A stretch of DNA of 64,000 nucleotides from a virus, in the IMG/VR virus record IMGVR_UViG_3300032315_000979, positions 1 to 64,000 of that record. One strand, 5' to 3'. Positions 62,301 to 64,000 of the stretch are shown here, in pieces. Position 1 is the stretch's first letter. Every line of letters begins with the position of its first letter. A program made the position numbers and the translations under genes. The notes below the pieces were generated by a model. It had not been told where the DNA came from, did no database searches, and was given only the letters and a program-made list of their open reading frames with translations.

Positions 62301-64000
62301 CTTGCTGTTGAATCAGCTAAGTCATTTGGAAGAACATTTTCTGGAAGCAATGCTCGTCAGTATTTAAACTTCGGCTCGGAAGGTCCAGGAATAACAGGTC
62401 GTTTGTTGATGGGCGCAGAGGATATTCTTAATATCATCAGCGCAGCTCAAATAACAAAGCCGTTTACAGAGCCTCTCAGAATGCCTCTTACTGCGGTTTT
62501 GAAGAAAAGAGGACTTGCTGAGGCATCAAGTGTTTGGCAAGAAGCAACTGGAACTAGTTTTATAAGTCAACTTGAAACAATGGCTGGTGGTAATACATTT
62601 AAGGGTCTTCAAACTCAGGGTCGCATATTAACACAACTTGAAGCTAGAACATGGGATGAAGGTCTTTTCACGCTAGATAAGTTTATTAAAGAACAAGCTC
62701 GTATAAAATTGATGCAAGGCGCTGCAATTGATACAACCCTTGCTTCAACCGCTGCTTCAACCGCTGGGGTAAGAGGTGTTGGTTCAAATATACTTAGCAG
62801 TAATCCAAGAATGCTGTCATTGAATGCTGGTAAGCAAATTAAGATTTCTATGGGTGCTAGAGGTGTAGATCTTTCTAACATGATTGAATCTGGAGTCATA
62901 GATTCCACCCTTGCTAGTGGAAGTGGTTACATTAGTAATCAAAAATTCTTGTCTGAGCTTGGAATAATTAATCCAGAATACAGTAGTTATAACTCTACCA
63001 GAAGTAGGATGCAAACACCTGATGGTGTACTAAAAGGAAATATTAACTATGGATATGCAAGATTAGCTGATGATTTTGCAACAGCAGCTAATTATAGAGA
63101 GTTCCACATGAATATTGGTGAGGCTGGGGCGCTTTATATGAATGAAACTGGTGCTTGGAGAAGAAATATACAAGGTGAGCTTGACAAGATTCTTGGTGGT
63201 GCAATTATTAATTTGAAACCAAGTGCTGCTATGACATACACTCAGGGCGACAGTTATAACATGTTCTTAAGAAGTTTACTTACTAGCAATAATCCAGCAC
63301 AAAATCTACCACAATACCTTGGTGATATTCCTTTAGTTGCTGAATATGGTGATAAATTAATTGCTGATGCTGCTGGTAACTATACTGAAGTTCAATTCCC
63401 ATCAATCCCATTTGATGGTTCAGCAATTGAATCCATAATTCTAAGCAGAGAAAATTTAATGCAATATTATTCACCACCTGGCACAGTAAATCAAAGTGGT
63501 TGGGGTAGTCAATATTTATCAATTGCTGGACCACAAGAGCAATTAGTAATGCAAAGAGAGCTTGCAAAGCAATTAGCAGCTCGTGGTATTGATGTTAAAA
63601 CTGGTTTAGATGATTTAATATTCAATGAGAACTATACTAATGCAACTAGAACAGTTAAATTTGATCCAGTTCCTCTCCATCAAATTCCGCAAGATGAATT
63701 TGACAAGATGCTACTCAGTATTACACAGAAGTTAAGAGCAGATCAAGGCTTGCCATCAATACCACAAGATGTTATCACATCTGACACATTTAATATTAAA
63801 TCAATACAAGACGGAATCAAGGGGTTCATTGCTAACTATAGAACAGCAAACTCATTACTATCAATGCCAACAGAGAGTGTTAGCGCTGCATTGAATACAT
63901 CTATTTTTGAAAGTGCTGGTGGAAGACTTGCAGGAGGCTTAAATCGTGTTAGAGGAGCTTTTTTTGGACCTAGATCTGGCAGTTCAGTTAGTCGTTTAGA
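56322..64000 (+). CDS. tape measure protein, >2550 aa, truncated by the window end
   Basis: ATG 56322 (MSDVDLIINVHTNG); absent from the ORF track, consistent with no stop in the window; helical Ala/Gly-rich, TM stretches, GGEYILNAKAV motif. Confidence 0.88.
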   Translation, partial: MSDVDLIINVHTNGVKDITNLSAATRALALNLRGITVPMSKLDAHSRAVNKALGMTNRSMNDHAKTAKQMIANQKALSAETKRVQSNIKSYAMAIQSAGGTTTAFGRELIQSRNELKQFSSTLRGLRIRAFGSDLGSISLKLQRIGKDAQFVGRSLMINLTAPILLFARMGFQSLLKVDEQFVRLTKVLEGVAMTTDQANSKLKDYLGPDKEKRVKQMTDSFRELNTALTEQSARFGVAKDLVVSLAVDFAELGVTANENIVALTELALAAEKLGGMDASGAQDLSSALFFNATRAYEVAGAFDDVTTAAERESKAIASATVQLNMFNTIENVTALSLKDLADSLPELGGMALSFGLSMTEAAALLAPMKAAGFDIGASANSIKVSLQRAIVPTKQNVELLAKLSKQYGVTGKSGNAFSESTKTGLTGLQAIVDIFGKVVEGGKNTEAGLKLMSEIFEKRQGPRMYVAIEQLNQFDAALKNVNANQSPERLMAGVAEASIRAFNKLNGTALPETISQFSDIGVIARIATAEVGALVDGFKGKGAGGGITAAEKKGAMEARDAVAKLIKEKKLNEDIDLISQVKTQAGRALLVELAGASGAADVANMELEQSLKSLSVATQRIKIAFKNFAADVLRNVAPSLKKLSDTINSLYLKWQALSDTTRERISKLILGFLGFLAVMAPVILALGTMQSSIGVLGRTATFFLPKLKNFEGGLVGIAGGAKKATTAMTDMYNSFLGKKQPLSMLPSFAPAGGTASSMIGMPTRVGRNITLPGNIAPTPTPLTGLTGAARTSAINANRAARLSHAATGRLGVDQYLRNEASMLSANNMRLNARGRVIGPRGGFVGGNILGKISEASVLREAALADSGISRTMSGGARLATKRGFVDVTEDRALRIARGGIGGAIARRTAALPGLADSFTSATGVTGRGFARGMLPTRGGIATGAGNVRGLASAAFNAGPVAAYTKSVQGAKAAVQAMKIEQMALGGSAGKIRTMSTAMTGFMKATKLGTVALKLMKIALISTGIGAIMLGIGVAVYIIVKNFSAFKDKASNAILRVKNAWAIFKESIGMLIQPFVDLFSIIGGGSKKGGDAVGGLASAFDLVGKVLQKVASWFKMLVENFIQPYLYMIIDIVMFVVSIFQGNWGKAFDYLVAATSGAVKIVIKLIAALLKGMVWITAGGIKLIIGYFTLIPKAVAKVFSFLERIPGVGGIFGWIGDSINFVIDGLYGLVDAGKNAASGAIDAVANAATGLLDKGVSKGISSAEGKISNDTKIKDAAEETGEEAGEIMGNSFGDGFEESDATGKIAKAIEEGIVDAIQKLQDYVAGEMADALTKFVDASVKALEKQKTSALKVFDVQIKTLGKLEKAEESLTKKKEYENNRRKIIDNQALSNEQFRRNYALAVYEGRVDDARMLQLQQSADEKGFSSDLLTIEQERSKDLAKENLDALKEAINEAKDAASLFFEESIAKFQESAALITKVAPVTVEQYTAQLQELQTLTETNATNMNTTFGAMFEIFATTIADKMPNKVIGPFATNLDELVLVAKEKFGLGSDKSENTVIGITIGMLAGMGVQFGEGKQLVIDSFGVITSGLAQNFTDMKTKFLDEVKSDFITNFKKALDEAEPTKVFNQAIIDGNLSILRSFQNMVDLNPALMEKLRKSLDPAINKYLELKAAADAAKDAAGAAADAAAGGGGGGGGGGGTGSQPGPGTPAGGRADAFARNNELRAARNLRALTYQEFIGNYKGFKKGGIIPSRTQNQNQGYPEGFIPAPTQEGVPTLLHGGEYILNAKAVSRIGVGALNKMNNNLIPKFLKGGQVPGGKKGTASNTRGTADRLEQKVTNKTSASPSSLKAPIDLSKIQGVTLKPTTPVSPKIPGIATPGHTYSSSEIKKLTMRPNTYLVPAPSFTSPGTKQAPKEFFQVATRQEALSYAQIKMQNDAKAAQRAEQEKWTTWERFIGQNTVNGVSTIGGPYKQSGIASAIEKFPLAGLLVKDLAVESAKSFGRTFSGSNARQYLNFGSEGPGITGRLLMGAEDILNIISAAQITKPFTEPLRMPLTAVLKKRGLAEASSVWQEATGTSFISQLETMAGGNTFKGLQTQGRILTQLEARTWDEGLFTLDKFIKEQARIKLMQGAAIDTTLASTAASTAGVRGVGSNILSSNPRMLSLNAGKQIKISMGARGVDLSNMIESGVIDSTLASGSGYISNQKFLSELGIINPEYSSYNSTRSRMQTPDGVLKGNINYGYARLADDFATAANYREFHMNIGEAGALYMNETGAWRRNIQGELDKILGGAIINLKPSAAMTYTQGDSYNMFLRSLLTSNNPAQNLPQYLGDIPLVAEYGDKLIADAAGNYTEVQFPSIPFDGSAIESIILSRENLMQYYSPPGTVNQSGWGSQYLSIAGPQEQLVMQRELAKQLAARGIDVKTGLDDLIFNENYTNATRTVKFDPVPLHQIPQDEFDKMLLSITQKLRADQGLPSIPQDVITSDTFNIKSIQDGIKGFIANYRTANSLLSMPTESVSAALNTSIFESAGGRLAGGLNRVRGAFFGPRSGSSVSRL

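Noticed and set aside
56606-63567. Many - strand ORFs in the last 8 kb
   Set aside because: Shadows of the tape measure gene, which is missing from the track because it has no stop in the window.

Overview
This is 64 kb of a large, AT-rich tailed phage, siphovirus-like with a very long tape measure gene. The host is probably actinobacterial, judged from many leaderless genes behind TGnTAnnnT extended -10 boxes, a class II RNR, an FmdB-type Zn ribbon and an M15 endolysin. Layout: 1-7300 is a run of small + strand genes with a lytic transglycosylase and tRNA-Arg. 7300-14700 is a gene-sparse, probably early/terminal region built from 0.8-1 kb cassettes. 14900-23600 holds mostly - strand accessory genes with two tRNAs. 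23800-64000 is + strand: glycosyltransferase, RNR, portal, protease, capsid, tail fibres, 2OG-oxygenase/halogenase island, lysis genes, neck, tail tube, frameshifted chaperone and a tape measure gene that runs off the window. Three things stand out. (1) A cassette array is delimited by six covarying hairpins of fixed geometry (GTAA-N20-TTAC) and saturated with about 70 copies of the palindrome STAA-NN-TTAS, often at 16-bp phasing. (2) Redundant paralogous genes in that array have mutually exclusive 4-bp palindrome content. (3) A 32-nt near-copy of 23S rRNA helix 69-70 sits between a promoter and a terminator. All counts were made by eye, and product calls come from motif recognition rather than database searches.
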